Source: a virus. From it: a DNA stretch of 64,000 bases. The translations under genes and the position numbers were made by a program. Location: positions 17,766 to 81,765 of IMG/VR virus record IMGVR_UViG_3300042308_001371, one strand, 5' to 3'. The notes under the pieces are model-generated. The model was not told the DNA's origin. It searched no databases and saw only the letters and a program-made list of their open reading frames with translations. This document shows, piece by piece, positions 19,373 to 29,439 of this stretch. Position 1 is the first letter of the stretch. Each line of letters starts with the position of its first letter.

Positions 19373-22006
19373 ATGGGAATGAGACTTAATCAGGCAGGAA
19401 ATCAAACACCCGGACAAGGGATGAGTACTACTTTATCTGATGAAGAAAAGAAAAGGAAGGAACAAGAGTCTCTAAAACAACCTCAGATTCCTGAATTAAA
19501 ATCCCCATCATCTCAGGCAAATGTAGCACAGGCTGCAGCACCTAAAGCAGCTCCAAAACAACAAGCTGCTGGAACAGGAACATTCTCTAATCTTAAAAGT
19601 TATATACAAGCTGCTCAAGGTGGAGGACAGCAAAAAATTGCACAAGCTGCAACTCAGAAAGTTCAAAACGTAGCGTCTGGTGCTCAAAAAGAAATTTCTC
19701 AATCACAAAAAACTTTTGGAAATCAGCTAGAAGCTGGAAGCTTAGCCAATAGAGGAGCTGCTGGTGGAGATGTTCAAGCTGCAATAGATGCTGCTAGAGG
19801 AACAGTTTACCAAGCTCCAATAGAGCCAGCTCCAGTTGCGCAGCCTACAACCCGTCTCGAAAATGCAGCGAACTCAGTTAGAAATACAGATCAATACTTT
19901 AAAGATTTTCTAGGTGATAAATATACTGCATTTCAAGAAGAACTTAACGCCATTCAGCGCAGAGTACACCCAATGGATTATGGCCCGGGATCTTCTAATG
20001 AAGCATCATTAAAACGTCAAAATGACGATATACAAACTCTATACTCTAAATATGGAGTTGACAAAAATAAAATTTCGCAATATGCTACAGAAAAACCTGC
20101 TGAACCAGCAACTACTGTTGTACCGGCTCCAGTAGAAACTCCCCAATCCGGAGTAACTCCAGAACAAGCACAGAGATTTCAAGAGATCATTAATGCTAGA
20201 TATGCAGGTCCGGGATCTATTCAAGAAGCGGGCTTGTACAATAGAGCCGCAGAAAAAGCAAGAACAGCTCAGGAAGCAGTTAAGCAAACTCAGACAGCAG
20301 CTGGAAGAGAGCAACTTCTTAGAAATATATTTAGCCAAGGTAGAGATTATTCTAGAGGTCAATCTAAACTTGATTCATTACTTTTAAATACCTCTCAACA
20401 AGGCCTTGGACAACTTCAGCAACAAGCGCAGCAAGCGGGAGATTTACAACAAAAACTTCAACAGGCTCAAACAGAATCTGCTAATACAGCAACTGGAAGA
20501 GCTAGTGAAATTTCTAATATTCAGCAACAAGCTAGAAAATCATTTCTAGAAGGAAGAACTGAAGAAGAGACAACAACAGAAAAAGGCATAGATGCTTTAA
20601 TAAAAGATCCTGCTTTAGATGCTTCAGGAAATAAGATTCAAAAACTAGATTCTACCGGAAAACCTATGGTAGATGCAAAGGGTGATCCAGTTTATCAAAC
20701 TAAATGGGACCAACTGCCAGAATATTATAGAGAAGCTATACGCAATAAAGAAGCTACAAATAAAGATATACAAAAAGAAAGGTTGGCTGCTTTAACTGCG
20801 TATGAACCACAAGTGCAACAGCTTACTGAGGCCAATAAGCAAGTGGCAGAAACTGAGGCTGCAATTAGAAGCGCAGAGTATCAAATTAACCAATTAAAGA
20901 GATATGGTAATAAAATTCAAGCAGCTGGGCAAATCCAAGTTCAGCTTGGCAGACTTCAACAATTAAGACAACAATCGAATGCTCAAAAAGCTCAAGCTGC
21001 TGCAATTCAACAGAGTCCAGAATACCAACAGTACACTCAACAGAAGACAGCTGCTGACCAAATGAATATGAATCAATTGAGCTTATCCCCAGAGGAAGCC
21101 GCAGTATTAGGAATCAGTTCTGGAGAAGGCTTATATAATGTAGGTCAAAACTTAATTCAAGATGTTAATGCAGAAAGAGAAAGATTAATAACAAAAGATC
21201 AATTTGCTAGACAACAAGCACTGGCTAGATTAGCAGGACTTGATACTTCAAAAGCTTTACAAAAAGATTTGCAATATACGGATGCTGAAAAAGCAGGAAC
21301 TCAAACATTGAAAAGTTCTTTAAATACTCAAGCTGTAAGAGACATTTTAAACGAAAAACAACAAAAATTTAAAGAAAGTGCAGAAGGTGCTAATTTAGTT
21401 GGAATGGGACAAAAGAAAGTGTCCAGAGGGAATTGGTCAGGAACGAGAACTAAAACATATTACGCAGATCAATCAGGAAATGTAGCAGACATGTTGCGAC
21501 AAGCAGGATATGACGTATCCGCTGAAAATCCAGAGGCTACTAGGACTATACTATCAGATAAAGATGCGTTAGCTAATTACTTAGGAGCTACTGATACTGG
21601 CAGAGATGACTCTGGAAGTATGTATGCAGAAGGAGCAGCTAGAACAGCAACTGGAGCAGCAACTGGAGCAGCTATTGGCGCAGGACTAGGATCTATTGGA
21701 GGGCCTTTAGCAGGTGTAACGGCAGCAGGTGGAGCAATTGTAGGGGGAGTACTAGGGTCAGTCGTTGGTCCAAATTCAAGTTTATCCAATGTTGTCGGAG
21801 ATTTAAGCGGAGGAAGGATGAGTTCTTCCGCTATGGCCAAAGTTGGAATGGGAACTGCAAAAGCTAAAGCTATTGAAGATTTAGAGAGAAAGTATAAAGC
21901 TTATCTTGAAGGTCAAGGATTTGGAAACCGTTCCAATATTGTAGATGCTGGGATTACGTCTACCAGATCTGCAGCTTTGCGAGATTTATTGCGCAGGCAG
22001 GGATAA
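19373..22006 (+). CDS. Internal virion / DNA-ejection protein (877 aa)
   Basis: Q/A-rich helical protein with a C-terminal Gly/Ala hydrophobic hairpin; follows the nozzle genes. Confidence 0.55.
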   Translation: MGMRLNQAGNQTPGQGMSTTLSDEEKKRKEQESLKQPQIPELKSPSSQANVAQAAAPKAAPKQQAAGTGTFSNLKSYIQAAQGGGQQKIAQAATQKVQNVASGAQKEISQSQKTFGNQLEAGSLANRGAAGGDVQAAIDAARGTVYQAPIEPAPVAQPTTRLENAANSVRNTDQYFKDFLGDKYTAFQEELNAIQRRVHPMDYGPGSSNEASLKRQNDDIQTLYSKYGVDKNKISQYATEKPAEPATTVVPAPVETPQSGVTPEQAQRFQEIINARYAGPGSIQEAGLYNRAAEKARTAQEAVKQTQTAAGREQLLRNIFSQGRDYSRGQSKLDSLLLNTSQQGLGQLQQQAQQAGDLQQKLQQAQTESANTATGRASEISNIQQQARKSFLEGRTEEETTTEKGIDALIKDPALDASGNKIQKLDSTGKPMVDAKGDPVYQTKWDQLPEYYREAIRNKEATNKDIQKERLAALTAYEPQVQQLTEANKQVAETEAAIRSAEYQINQLKRYGNKIQAAGQIQVQLGRLQQLRQQSNAQKAQAAAIQQSPEYQQYTQQKTAADQMNMNQLSLSPEEAAVLGISSGEGLYNVGQNLIQDVNAERERLITKDQFARQQALARLAGLDTSKALQKDLQYTDAEKAGTQTLKSSLNTQAVRDILNEKQQKFKESAEGANLVGMGQKKVSRGNWSGTRTKTYYADQSGNVADMLRQAGYDVSAENPEATRTILSDKDALANYLGATDTGRDDSGSMYAEGAARTATGAATGAAIGAGLGSIGGPLAGVTAAGGAIVGGVLGSVVGPNSSLSNVVGDLSGGRMSSSAMAKVGMGTAKAKAIEDLERKYKAYLEGQGFGNRSNIVDAGITSTRSAALRDLLRRQG

Positions 22007-22008
22007 GT

Positions 22009-22356
22009 ATGCCTAGCTTATATGCGCAGTTTGTAGAAGAAATACTAGACCTAAAAACTTTAGAAGATGAAGATAGCTTTGTTACATATGAAATTCAAAA
22101 AGCAGGACACGTAGTATGTTTAAAAGTAGTAAATATGTATATTGATAAAAAGTCTAGAGGAAAAAATAAATCTATAGATTTGCTTGATAAAATGAAAGAT
22201 ATAGCACATAGCAAAAATTGTTCTTGTCTATCTGCTCAGATTAACAAAGCAACTAGTGAGTTTATTCAACAGAGAACTACCCATATATGTAGACTATATG
22301 GGATGAAAAATACGTATGAAGATTCTCAAATTATAATTTTTAGTAGGAGCATATAA
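22009..22356 (+). CDS. GNAT-like protein within the ejection module
   Basis: NMYIDKKSRGKNKS..LL acetyl-CoA-loop-like motif; ..YGMK near the C-terminus. Confidence 0.55.
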   Translation: MPSLYAQFVEEILDLKTLEDEDSFVTYEIQKAGHVVCLKVVNMYIDKKSRGKNKSIDLLDKMKDIAHSKNCSCLSAQINKATSEFIQQRTTHICRLYGMKNTYEDSQIIIFSRSI

Positions 22357-23261
22357 TGGCAGGGATATTTGGCGGTGGAGATGCTGGTAAAAGTGAAATG
22401 GAGAAAGCCAATAAGCTTATGCAAGATAATATTGCACGTTTAGAAGCAATTGGTATTCCATCAATTGAAGCTCAAAGAATTGCTTTACAGACTCCAGAAC
22501 TTGTGGGACAGTTAGAAGCAGAAGTTTTAGGCCCATCTGCTATGGAAGGAGTTCAAGAAGATCCTAGATTAAAAGCTATAAATATGGCAGCTATGCAAGA
22601 TGTTGCAGGAATTGCAGCAGCTGGAGGACTTGATGCTAATGCTAGACTTAATTTAGAGCAAGGACTTGGAAGAGTAGCAGGTTCCGAACAAGCAAGATTA
22701 AGTGCTCTTAGAGAAAATCCAGATATGGGTGCAGGTCAAAAATTATTGTTACAAATGCAAGCTATACAAGGAGCTGGTCAAGCTAAAAACCAAGTAGCTT
22801 TACAGTCTGCAGCGCAATCACAAGACGCTCGTATGGCTGCTTTAAGACTACAGGGTGATATGGCAACTCAAATGTCCCAACAACAATTAGCATTGGCTGG
22901 ACAAAAAGCTTCAGCAGATGATGTAATTAAGCAGTTTAATACACAAGGTAGACAAGGTGTAAATCAATTTAATGCTCAAAATAGAATCGCAACACAAAGA
23001 GGCATAGAAAATACAAGAAATCAAGTAGAGATGTATAATAAGGGACTTTTTCAACAAGACTTCCAGAATAGGATGGCTAAGGCTACTGGAGTTTCTGGTG
23101 CGCAAAATAATTTAGCTAATCAATATACTGCTCAAGGCGGGGCTGCTCAACAAGCCCAACAAGCTCAAACAGGAGCATTGCTCAACCTAGCTGGAACTGT
23201 TGCGGGAGCTGGAATTGGAGCTTATGGAGATGTTCAAGCTGAAAAAGTAAAAAAGGCATAA
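22356..23261 (+). CDS. Internal virion / ejection protein
   Basis: Q/A/G-rich; C-terminal LAGTVAGAGIGAY segment. Confidence 0.55.
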   Translation: MAGIFGGGDAGKSEMEKANKLMQDNIARLEAIGIPSIEAQRIALQTPELVGQLEAEVLGPSAMEGVQEDPRLKAINMAAMQDVAGIAAAGGLDANARLNLEQGLGRVAGSEQARLSALRENPDMGAGQKLLLQMQAIQGAGQAKNQVALQSAAQSQDARMAALRLQGDMATQMSQQQLALAGQKASADDVIKQFNTQGRQGVNQFNAQNRIATQRGIENTRNQVEMYNKGLFQQDFQNRMAKATGVSGAQNNLANQYTAQGGAAQQAQQAQTGALLNLAGTVAGAGIGAYGDVQAEKVKKA

Positions 23262-23272
23262 GGATATAGTAC

Positions 23273-24661
23273 ATGGCAAATAATAATTATCAATCTTTAA
23301 TAGACCTTCTTAATCCAAAAAAAGAAGAACAATTATTTTCTCCAATTAATCCAACTTTGGATCAACTAAGTACGCCAATTAATCCAACTCCTGAGCAATT
23401 AGCTTCTATTGTGGAACAACAGCAAACTCCTGAGCCTGAAATTCAAGCTCCCGTTAGAGCAGTTGCAAAACAAGCTTCTCCAAAAAAAGAAGAAATTTCT
23501 GGCAATCCATTTATGGAAAACGTAAATTTTGATGCAGCTATGGCTAAACTTCCAAAAGAAGATAATGCCGTCTTAGATAAAAATTTACCCCTCTCAGAAC
23601 CTCCAATATCAAAATCAGAGGCTTTAATAGCCGAGTATAATAAACTACTTGGAAAAGGTGAAACAGATCTTGCAGACGCTAGAAAGCGTGATAGAATGTT
23701 AAAAATAGGAGGATCTATTGGAGATGCTCTTGCTACATATTTAAATGCAAGATCTCAAATGAATGTTAAAGCTCCGGGAGTTCAAGTTCAACAAGGTGCT
23801 GGATTAGGTAAGATAGCTGATATGTTTGCTACAGCTCCAGAGATTCAGAGTGACTTAGCTCAAAGAAGAGAATCCATGATGAAGCAATATGCAGAACTAG
23901 CTAAGGGTGAGAGAGCACAAACTAGACTCACTTCCGAAGAATTAAGAGCTAAAGATGCAGATTTGAGAGCTAGAGAATTAGCTAAAATGCAAATTGAAGG
24001 TAATTTAAAAGCGGCTGGAATTAAAGCTGAAGGTAATTTAAAAGCGGCTGGAATTAAAGCCTCTGAAAAAGGAGAGTTCACTCCTTATCAACAATATATG
24101 GTGAACAAGGCTGAGAAAAAAGAGTCAAAACTTTCGGATAAACAAACTACAGAAATTGAAGGTATTAATAACGCACTTAAAGGTTTAGATGAAGTTGAAG
24201 CTGCTAAAACAGGAGTAAACACTGGAAGATACGCATCTATGTATCAATCAGGAATGGATATTTTACCATTTGCAGAATCCGATAAAGATTTTGTTGCGCT
24301 TAAACAACTCTCTGGAACTCAATTATTTGATTATGTAAAAGCTCAATCTGGAGTATCCTATTCTGTAAAAGAATTAGATCAATTAAAAAGTAATATGCCT
24401 AATGTAGATGACGATGATAATACTTTTATGACTAAATTAAAAACAGTTAGAGGTATTATCGAAAGAAAACAAAAAGAAAAGTTATCAGCATTTGAAAAAC
24501 AAGGAAAAAATGTTGGAGCATTCAAAGAAGAATCAGAAAAAACACAAGAACAGCCAAGTAATTTAGTGAGAATAAAAGGTCCAAGCGGACAAGAAGTTAA
24601 TATGACAGAAGAAAAAGCTCAAAAATACTTAAGTAAGCCGGGTTATACAAGGATAAAATAA
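23273..24661 (+). CDS. Internal virion / ejection protein
   Basis: Helical 462 aa; QSG..YS..EL..L...MP...D motif seen in podoviral ejection proteins. Confidence 0.5.
   Translation: MANNNYQSLIDLLNPKKEEQLFSPINPTLDQLSTPINPTPEQLASIVEQQQTPEPEIQAPVRAVAKQASPKKEEISGNPFMENVNFDAAMAKLPKEDNAVLDKNLPLSEPPISKSEALIAEYNKLLGKGETDLADARKRDRMLKIGGSIGDALATYLNARSQMNVKAPGVQVQQGAGLGKIADMFATAPEIQSDLAQRRESMMKQYAELAKGERAQTRLTSEELRAKDADLRARELAKMQIEGNLKAAGIKAEGNLKAAGIKASEKGEFTPYQQYMVNKAEKKESKLSDKQTTEIEGINNALKGLDEVEAAKTGVNTGRYASMYQSGMDILPFAESDKDFVALKQLSGTQLFDYVKAQSGVSYSVKELDQLKSNMPNVDDDDNTFMTKLKTVRGIIERKQKEKLSAFEKQGKNVGAFKEESEKTQEQPSNLVRIKGPSGQEVNMTEEKAQKYLSKPGYTRIK
23995..24060 (+). repeat. Perfect 33-bp tandem duplication (EGNLKAAGIKA x2)
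   Basis: tgaaggtaatttaaaagcggctggaattaaagc occurs twice, identical. Confidence 0.95.
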
Positions 24662-24662
24662 T

Positions 24663-26861
24663 ATGTCAGATTTTGATCCAGAGGATATTATTAATGAGCC
24701 ACCCCTTATATCGGATTTTGATCCAGAAGATATTGCAAATGAACCTGCAATTCAAATGGATCAGCAAGAAGAGATCCCTTTAACTCCAATTACAGAACAA
24801 ATAACAACCCCAATGGTAGGATATGGAATAGGAAAAGCAGCTCAAACTGGAATTGAAAAAACAGGCAAAGCAATATTAGAAGCTCCTGAAAAAATAGCTA
24901 TGAAAATTGGAGGACTTACTCCAGAGCAAGTAGATTATTATAAACAAAATTATATAGATATAGAAGCTAATAAAGGTATTTCTCAAGAAGCTATTGACGA
25001 AGCATATTCTAAATTAGAAAGTAAGTTTAAACTAAAAAATATAGAGGCTAATAGGGCAAGGAAAGCTGCAGAATCCGCACTAGATGTTCCAGTTACTCAA
25101 AAATTATCTAAGCAAGCTATGGAAGCTGCGTTACCTAAAGTTTTAAATAAAGTACCCACTGAAAGTGAAGCATTTAAAGGAAAACTACAAGAGAACATAA
25201 CCTCTAAAGTAGACGCTGATTTAAATAGACTTACTAATCTATTAGAACAAAAAAAACAAATGTTAATATCGTCAAGTGATATAGCACAAACCAAAGCAGA
25301 AGAAGCTGCAAAAAATGCTGTAGAAAAGGCTATTCCAAAAAAATCTGTTGGACTTGTAAAAGAAGCAGCTCCAGATTTAAAAGCAATATACAATGAAGCT
25401 TTCGATAAAACAATAGAACAGTATTCTCCAGAAGAGAATAAAGCCAAGGCATCTATTAGTAAAGATATCATTAATATACAAAATGAAATGCAAGATTTAA
25501 AAAATGAAAATTATATCCAATCTAATGTAGAACCTTCTGTAAGAGAAGATCTTATAAAATCAAAAACTACTAAATTAGCAAAAGACTACCCATCCTTATA
25601 TGGATATGAAGATCCTTCTGAAGAATTTATGCCTCAAGTTAGAAAAATAGAAGGAAAATTATCAGATGTTTCTAGTCTTGAAAAAAAAGATGCAGCAGAC
25701 TACCTAAGAGCTTCTAAAGAATTAGGTTGGACGAAGGGAGCTGGTGGCGTTCCTGAAGTATCTAGCGAATTAAGTAAAGAGTATGCAGGTGAGCTTAGAT
25801 CTTTAATGGCTCCAAGTGGGAGCAAATCTGATATTGAATATAAAAGAGTTAGTTCATTACTAAATCAATTAGAAGAAGCAAAGCAAAATAAATTCATAAC
25901 AAGAAATATGGGTGAGGTAGTTGATGATGAAATTATAGGTAAATTTGATCCAGAGTCAGTTAGTATAGATTTAAATAATAGAAAAACAATAAATAAAGTT
26001 TTAAATCCTAGTCAGGCAGATTTAAAAGATCCTGCTATAAAAGAAGCAAAAATAGCATTAGATAGACTTGTTGAAAATCCTGATTTAGTAGATGAGATAA
26101 AACAAGCTGCAATTAAAGCAAATTTACTAGATGAAAAAAAGGCATTTAAATTCGGACCATTTGATGCATTAAGATTAAGCTTTGCTACAGGGGCATCATC
26201 ATTTCTTCCAGTTGGTGTGTACGAGGGAATGAAGTATACTAAAACTCCTGAAGGGGCATATAAATTAGCAACATTAGTTCCTAGATTAGGAGACATTGCA
26301 GCTAATTACCCTACTACTAGTAAGATAATTAGTAAGGTTACTAAAGGGGCACTTAAAGCACTTCCTTTTGGAGGAGCTGCAGTAGGAGCAGTAGCTGCTC
26401 AAGCCGCAGAAGAAGCATTTAGTCCAGAACCTTCAGGAGCAAATCCAGAAATGCCAGAATACTGGCTAGAAAAAGGTGTTCGTAATCCCGAAGAGCAGGT
26501 GCAAAGAGCTAGATTGGCTAGTTTTAAACAAGGTCTTCCTAATCAAGGGGCTTATGACAAAATGCCATCTGCTTATGAAAAACCAGAAATCAAAGCTTAC
26601 AAAGAAAGAGTTTTGGAAGCTGAGAAGGCAAAAAAACTTAAACCAAACTACGTAGAGAAGCTGGACACTACAGATTCTAATGAATTACAGAACATTTTAA
26701 ATACCTTACAATCTGGTCAAGATAAAGTTTCTCAAGAATATGGCAATGTTTTATCTAAGATAATAGATGCTCCAGAATCACAAAAGCAAGCTACGCTATT
26801 TGGGTTAAATCAACAACCAGCTTTTAGAGAACTTATTAGGAATATTAAAAATAAAGGATAG
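24663..26861 (+). CDS. Large internal virion / ejection protein
   Basis: 732 aa, helical; N-terminal SDFDPEDI x2; last large gene of the late arm. Confidence 0.5.
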   Translation: MSDFDPEDIINEPPLISDFDPEDIANEPAIQMDQQEEIPLTPITEQITTPMVGYGIGKAAQTGIEKTGKAILEAPEKIAMKIGGLTPEQVDYYKQNYIDIEANKGISQEAIDEAYSKLESKFKLKNIEANRARKAAESALDVPVTQKLSKQAMEAALPKVLNKVPTESEAFKGKLQENITSKVDADLNRLTNLLEQKKQMLISSSDIAQTKAEEAAKNAVEKAIPKKSVGLVKEAAPDLKAIYNEAFDKTIEQYSPEENKAKASISKDIINIQNEMQDLKNENYIQSNVEPSVREDLIKSKTTKLAKDYPSLYGYEDPSEEFMPQVRKIEGKLSDVSSLEKKDAADYLRASKELGWTKGAGGVPEVSSELSKEYAGELRSLMAPSGSKSDIEYKRVSSLLNQLEEAKQNKFITRNMGEVVDDEIIGKFDPESVSIDLNNRKTINKVLNPSQADLKDPAIKEAKIALDRLVENPDLVDEIKQAAIKANLLDEKKAFKFGPFDALRLSFATGASSFLPVGVYEGMKYTKTPEGAYKLATLVPRLGDIAANYPTTSKIISKVTKGALKALPFGGAAVGAVAAQAAEEAFSPEPSGANPEMPEYWLEKGVRNPEEQVQRARLASFKQGLPNQGAYDKMPSAYEKPEIKAYKERVLEAEKAKKLKPNYVEKLDTTDSNELQNILNTLQSGQDKVSQEYGNVLSKIIDAPESQKQATLFGLNQQPAFRELIRNIKNKG

Positions 26862-26864
26862 TTT

Positions 26865-27134
26865 ATGCAAGATCACTTAGATAAAATGGACGAAAAGCTA
26901 GATCGCATTGAAGATAAAATATCTAATATTGATGTAACTCTTGCTAAACAAGCTAAAGATCTGGAACATCATATCTATCGCACAGATCTTGCAGAAGAAC
27001 AGATAAAATTAGTTAAAGAAGAGATTCTTCCAATTAAAAAGCATGTGGCATTAGTGGATGCTTCGCTTAGAATAATGGGAGCTATAGCGTCTGTAGTGAC
27101 TTTTATTGCCGCAATTTATAAACTATTGCTCTAA
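26865..27134 (+). CDS. Coiled-coil plus C-terminal TM protein (XhlA/holin-like)
   Basis: LDKMDEKLDRIEDKI coiled coil followed by IMGAIASVVTFIAAIY. Confidence 0.55.
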   Translation: MQDHLDKMDEKLDRIEDKISNIDVTLAKQAKDLEHHIYRTDLAEEQIKLVKEEILPIKKHVALVDASLRIMGAIASVVTFIAAIYKLLL

Positions 27135-27258
27135 GATATACAACAAATATTGGCATCAGTAGAAGACCTATAGATGACTCTACAGGATCATTACTTAAAA
27201 ATAGCTTGAAAGAATTTACAAGTATTACTACAATTGAAATTAATCTAACATAATCCAT
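27103..27258 (-). CDS. Small 2-TM protein (51 aa, not in the ORF track)
   Basis: MDYVRLISIVVILVNSF...LLLMPIFVVYLRAIVYKLRQ; overlaps the end of the convergent + gene. Confidence 0.4.
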   Translation of the reverse strand: MDYVRLISIVVILVNSFKLFLSNDPVESSIGLLLMPIFVVYLRAIVYKLRQ

Positions 27259-27260
27259 AA

Positions 27261-27665
27261 TTAAAACTCCAAACTCAAAGCATGAGTTATTATTCCAAAA
27301 GACACTAAATTATTAATTTTAATAGTATCTGTAATGGGTATCTTAAAGTTTAATCCGATAACTGGGGTAAATCCGAAAATTGAGGGAGGTATAATTCCAC
27401 GCTTTTGAAAGGTATCAAAATTGGTATTATATCCACCTAGCATAAAATCTGTATACTCTGATAGCTTGAAGCTAGATATTGGTCCAACAACATTTCCACA
27501 GGCTGAATCTTTACCCTTAAGAATACCCACCTTAGCCTTATCACTTCCAGCCATAGCTATAATATATTCATTATGGATCGTTCCAACATTATTTATTGTA
27601 TTACAGTAGTTTAATTTAGGGGCCATGTAGTGATGTGTTATTCCCCCGTAGATCAATGATATCAC
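27261..27665 (-). CDS. Hypothetical beta-strand-rich protein ending in a beta-signal-like ALSLEF
   Basis: Alternating hydrophobic strands; terminal Phe; no obvious signal peptide. Confidence 0.5.
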   Translation of the reverse strand: MISLIYGGITHHYMAPKLNYCNTINNVGTIHNEYIIAMAGSDKAKVGILKGKDSACGNVVGPISSFKLSEYTDFMLGGYNTNFDTFQKRGIIPPSIFGFTPVIGLNFKIPITDTIKINNLVSFGIITHALSLEF

Positions 27666-27767
27666 GCCTCTCCTCCATTCCAGTATAAAGCTTATGACAC
27701 GCTAAGAATCCTATCATAAATGATAAGAACATAGAAGTTATAAATGTCCCCCAGTTCATATCCTTCA

Positions 27768-28694
27768 TTAGTATACCCACTTAGGCTTACCACTCAGCAC
27801 TACCATGGAGTCTAGCGTGAATTTCTTTGGTTTAATTGCTAAACTAGGAGCTTCAAACTGAGCGTTTAGCAACGCTTCATCTAATACGCTATGCAAGCCT
27901 CTAGCTCCTAATCCCTTCTCAATAGCCTTCTGAGCTATGATATTAATAGCACTATCCTGTACTACAAGCTCAATACCTTCGCTCAAAAACCACTCTTTAA
28001 ATGAGTTTAAGATAGATCCCTTGGAGTCACGTAGGATCTTCCTGTAATCATCAAATTTAAGCTCCTGAAGCTGCGTGATAACTGGGAATCTTCCCAAGAA
28101 TTCTGGGATCATTCCAAAATCCATAAGAGTAGGAACTGAAGCAGACTCTAGACCCACAAAAGCTCCAGAGCATATAAACATAATATCTTTAGTATTCATT
28201 TTTTTATCGTACTCCCCATTCTGAGAATATCTAGAAATATATGGAACATCGCTACCTTCTAGTAGTTTTAAAAGAGATTGCTGTACGCCAAGTCCGTTAA
28301 CATCAGCTCCTCCGTCTTGACTAGTCTTCTTCTTAATTTTATCTATTTCATCAATGTAGATAATTGATTTAGAAGCTTTCTTTTCATCTCCCTCACAAAT
28401 ACCTAGCAGATCGGTAATAAGTTCTTCAACACTCCTACCCTGATATCCAGAAGAAGTAAACTGAGTTGCATCGCTTGTCAAGAAACTTACTCCAAGAATT
28501 CTAGATAAGATAGAAACTAGGTAAGTCTTACCACATCCAGTAGGTCCAATTAGAAGCACGTTAGATTTTTTTATTGTACTACCATTCATTCTTTTAAAAT
28601 GATTATATGCAGCAACTGATAAAGATCTTTTAGTCTTTTCATGACCAATCACGTACTCATCTAATTCTTTTTTAATTTGCTCTGGGGTTTTCAT
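27768..28694 (-). CDS. clpX: ClpX-like AAA+ unfoldase (no ZBD, no IGF loop)
   Basis: LDEYVIG, KSNVLLIGPTGCGKT, IYIDEIDKI, GVQQSLLKLLEG, IPEFLGRFP, GARGL. Confidence 0.9.
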   Translation of the reverse strand: MKTPEQIKKELDEYVIGHEKTKRSLSVAAYNHFKRMNGSTIKKSNVLLIGPTGCGKTYLVSILSRILGVSFLTSDATQFTSSGYQGRSVEELITDLLGICEGDEKKASKSIIYIDEIDKIKKKTSQDGGADVNGLGVQQSLLKLLEGSDVPYISRYSQNGEYDKKMNTKDIMFICSGAFVGLESASVPTLMDFGMIPEFLGRFPVITQLQELKFDDYRKILRDSKGSILNSFKEWFLSEGIELVVQDSAINIIAQKAIEKGLGARGLHSVLDEALLNAQFEAPSLAIKPKKFTLDSMVVLSGKPKWVY

Positions 28695-28885
28695 TATGCT
28701 TTCTTTGGAAATACTCTGTTTTCATCTTTATCAAAAAATTCCATTGAAAAAGAGCCATCATCTTTCCATTCAAGCGTATAAGATTCAACTAAGTCTACAT
28801 CTTCAAACAAGTCAGCTAAATCATAAACGTCAATATAATGCTCTCCAGAATCTTCATCTTTTTTAATCTCAATCCTATTTGTCAT
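28694..28885 (-). CDS. Hypothetical protein
   Basis: 63 aa; translationally coupled on both sides. Confidence 0.6.
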   Translation of the reverse strand: MTNRIEIKKDEDSGEHYIDVYDLADLFEDVDLVESYTLEWKDDGSFSMEFFDKDENRVFPKKA

Positions 28886-29439
28886 TACTTCTCGCTTTCT
28901 GTTATTAAATCTTCAATAGTGGTATTATCTAGTTCTTCTACATTAGCACTATATTGCACATCTTCAAAAGATTCAAGTTGTAATCCTTTAGCAGAATTAT
29001 TTTGAATATCATATCGTCTTTTGTAGTCGTCTGAGTTGATTTCTCTTTGATCCCAAAAATTGTAAGCTAAGTTACCAAGGGATTTACTTTTCTTATTAAA
29101 CTCTTCAACAGCGGCAGTAACTTCAGTTGGGTAAAATCCATTCTGCTCAAAGAACTTAACATGTTCTTTTTTCTTAGATAACTTCTTAGCCTTTTTAAAC
29201 AACCGAGTAGACTCTTGATCAGTATTGAAAGTTCCATGCACGTATTCTTTATAAAAGTTATTTAGCCACTCTTTTTCAGAATCATCTAAAGATCTCATTA
29301 CCTTCTCGCCACTTTCATTTATAATTCCAGAAAGGTACGGAGTTTCAATGAATTCTTGTCTTTGTGCTCTAGCACCCTTTTTATTAAGGTGCTGAAAACT
29401 TTTTTTGTGCTTTTTTGTTTTGCCAGTGTTGTTTATCAT
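28885..29439 (-). CDS. Hypothetical protein
   Basis: 184 aa; EKEWLNNFYKEY segment. Confidence 0.6.
   Translation of the reverse strand: MINNTGKTKKHKKSFQHLNKKGARAQRQEFIETPYLSGIINESGEKVMRSLDDSEKEWLNNFYKEYVHGTFNTDQESTRLFKKAKKLSKKKEHVKFFEQNGFYPTEVTAAVEEFNKKSKSLGNLAYNFWDQREINSDDYKRRYDIQNNSAKGLQLESFEDVQYSANVEELDNTTIEDLITESEK

Noticed and set aside
1602-26296. Short antisense or alternate-frame ORFs inside late genes (e.g. 1602..1823, 8346..8621, 13418..13798, 25097..25471)
   Set aside because: They are shadows of long coding frames, with no RBS or recognisable motifs.
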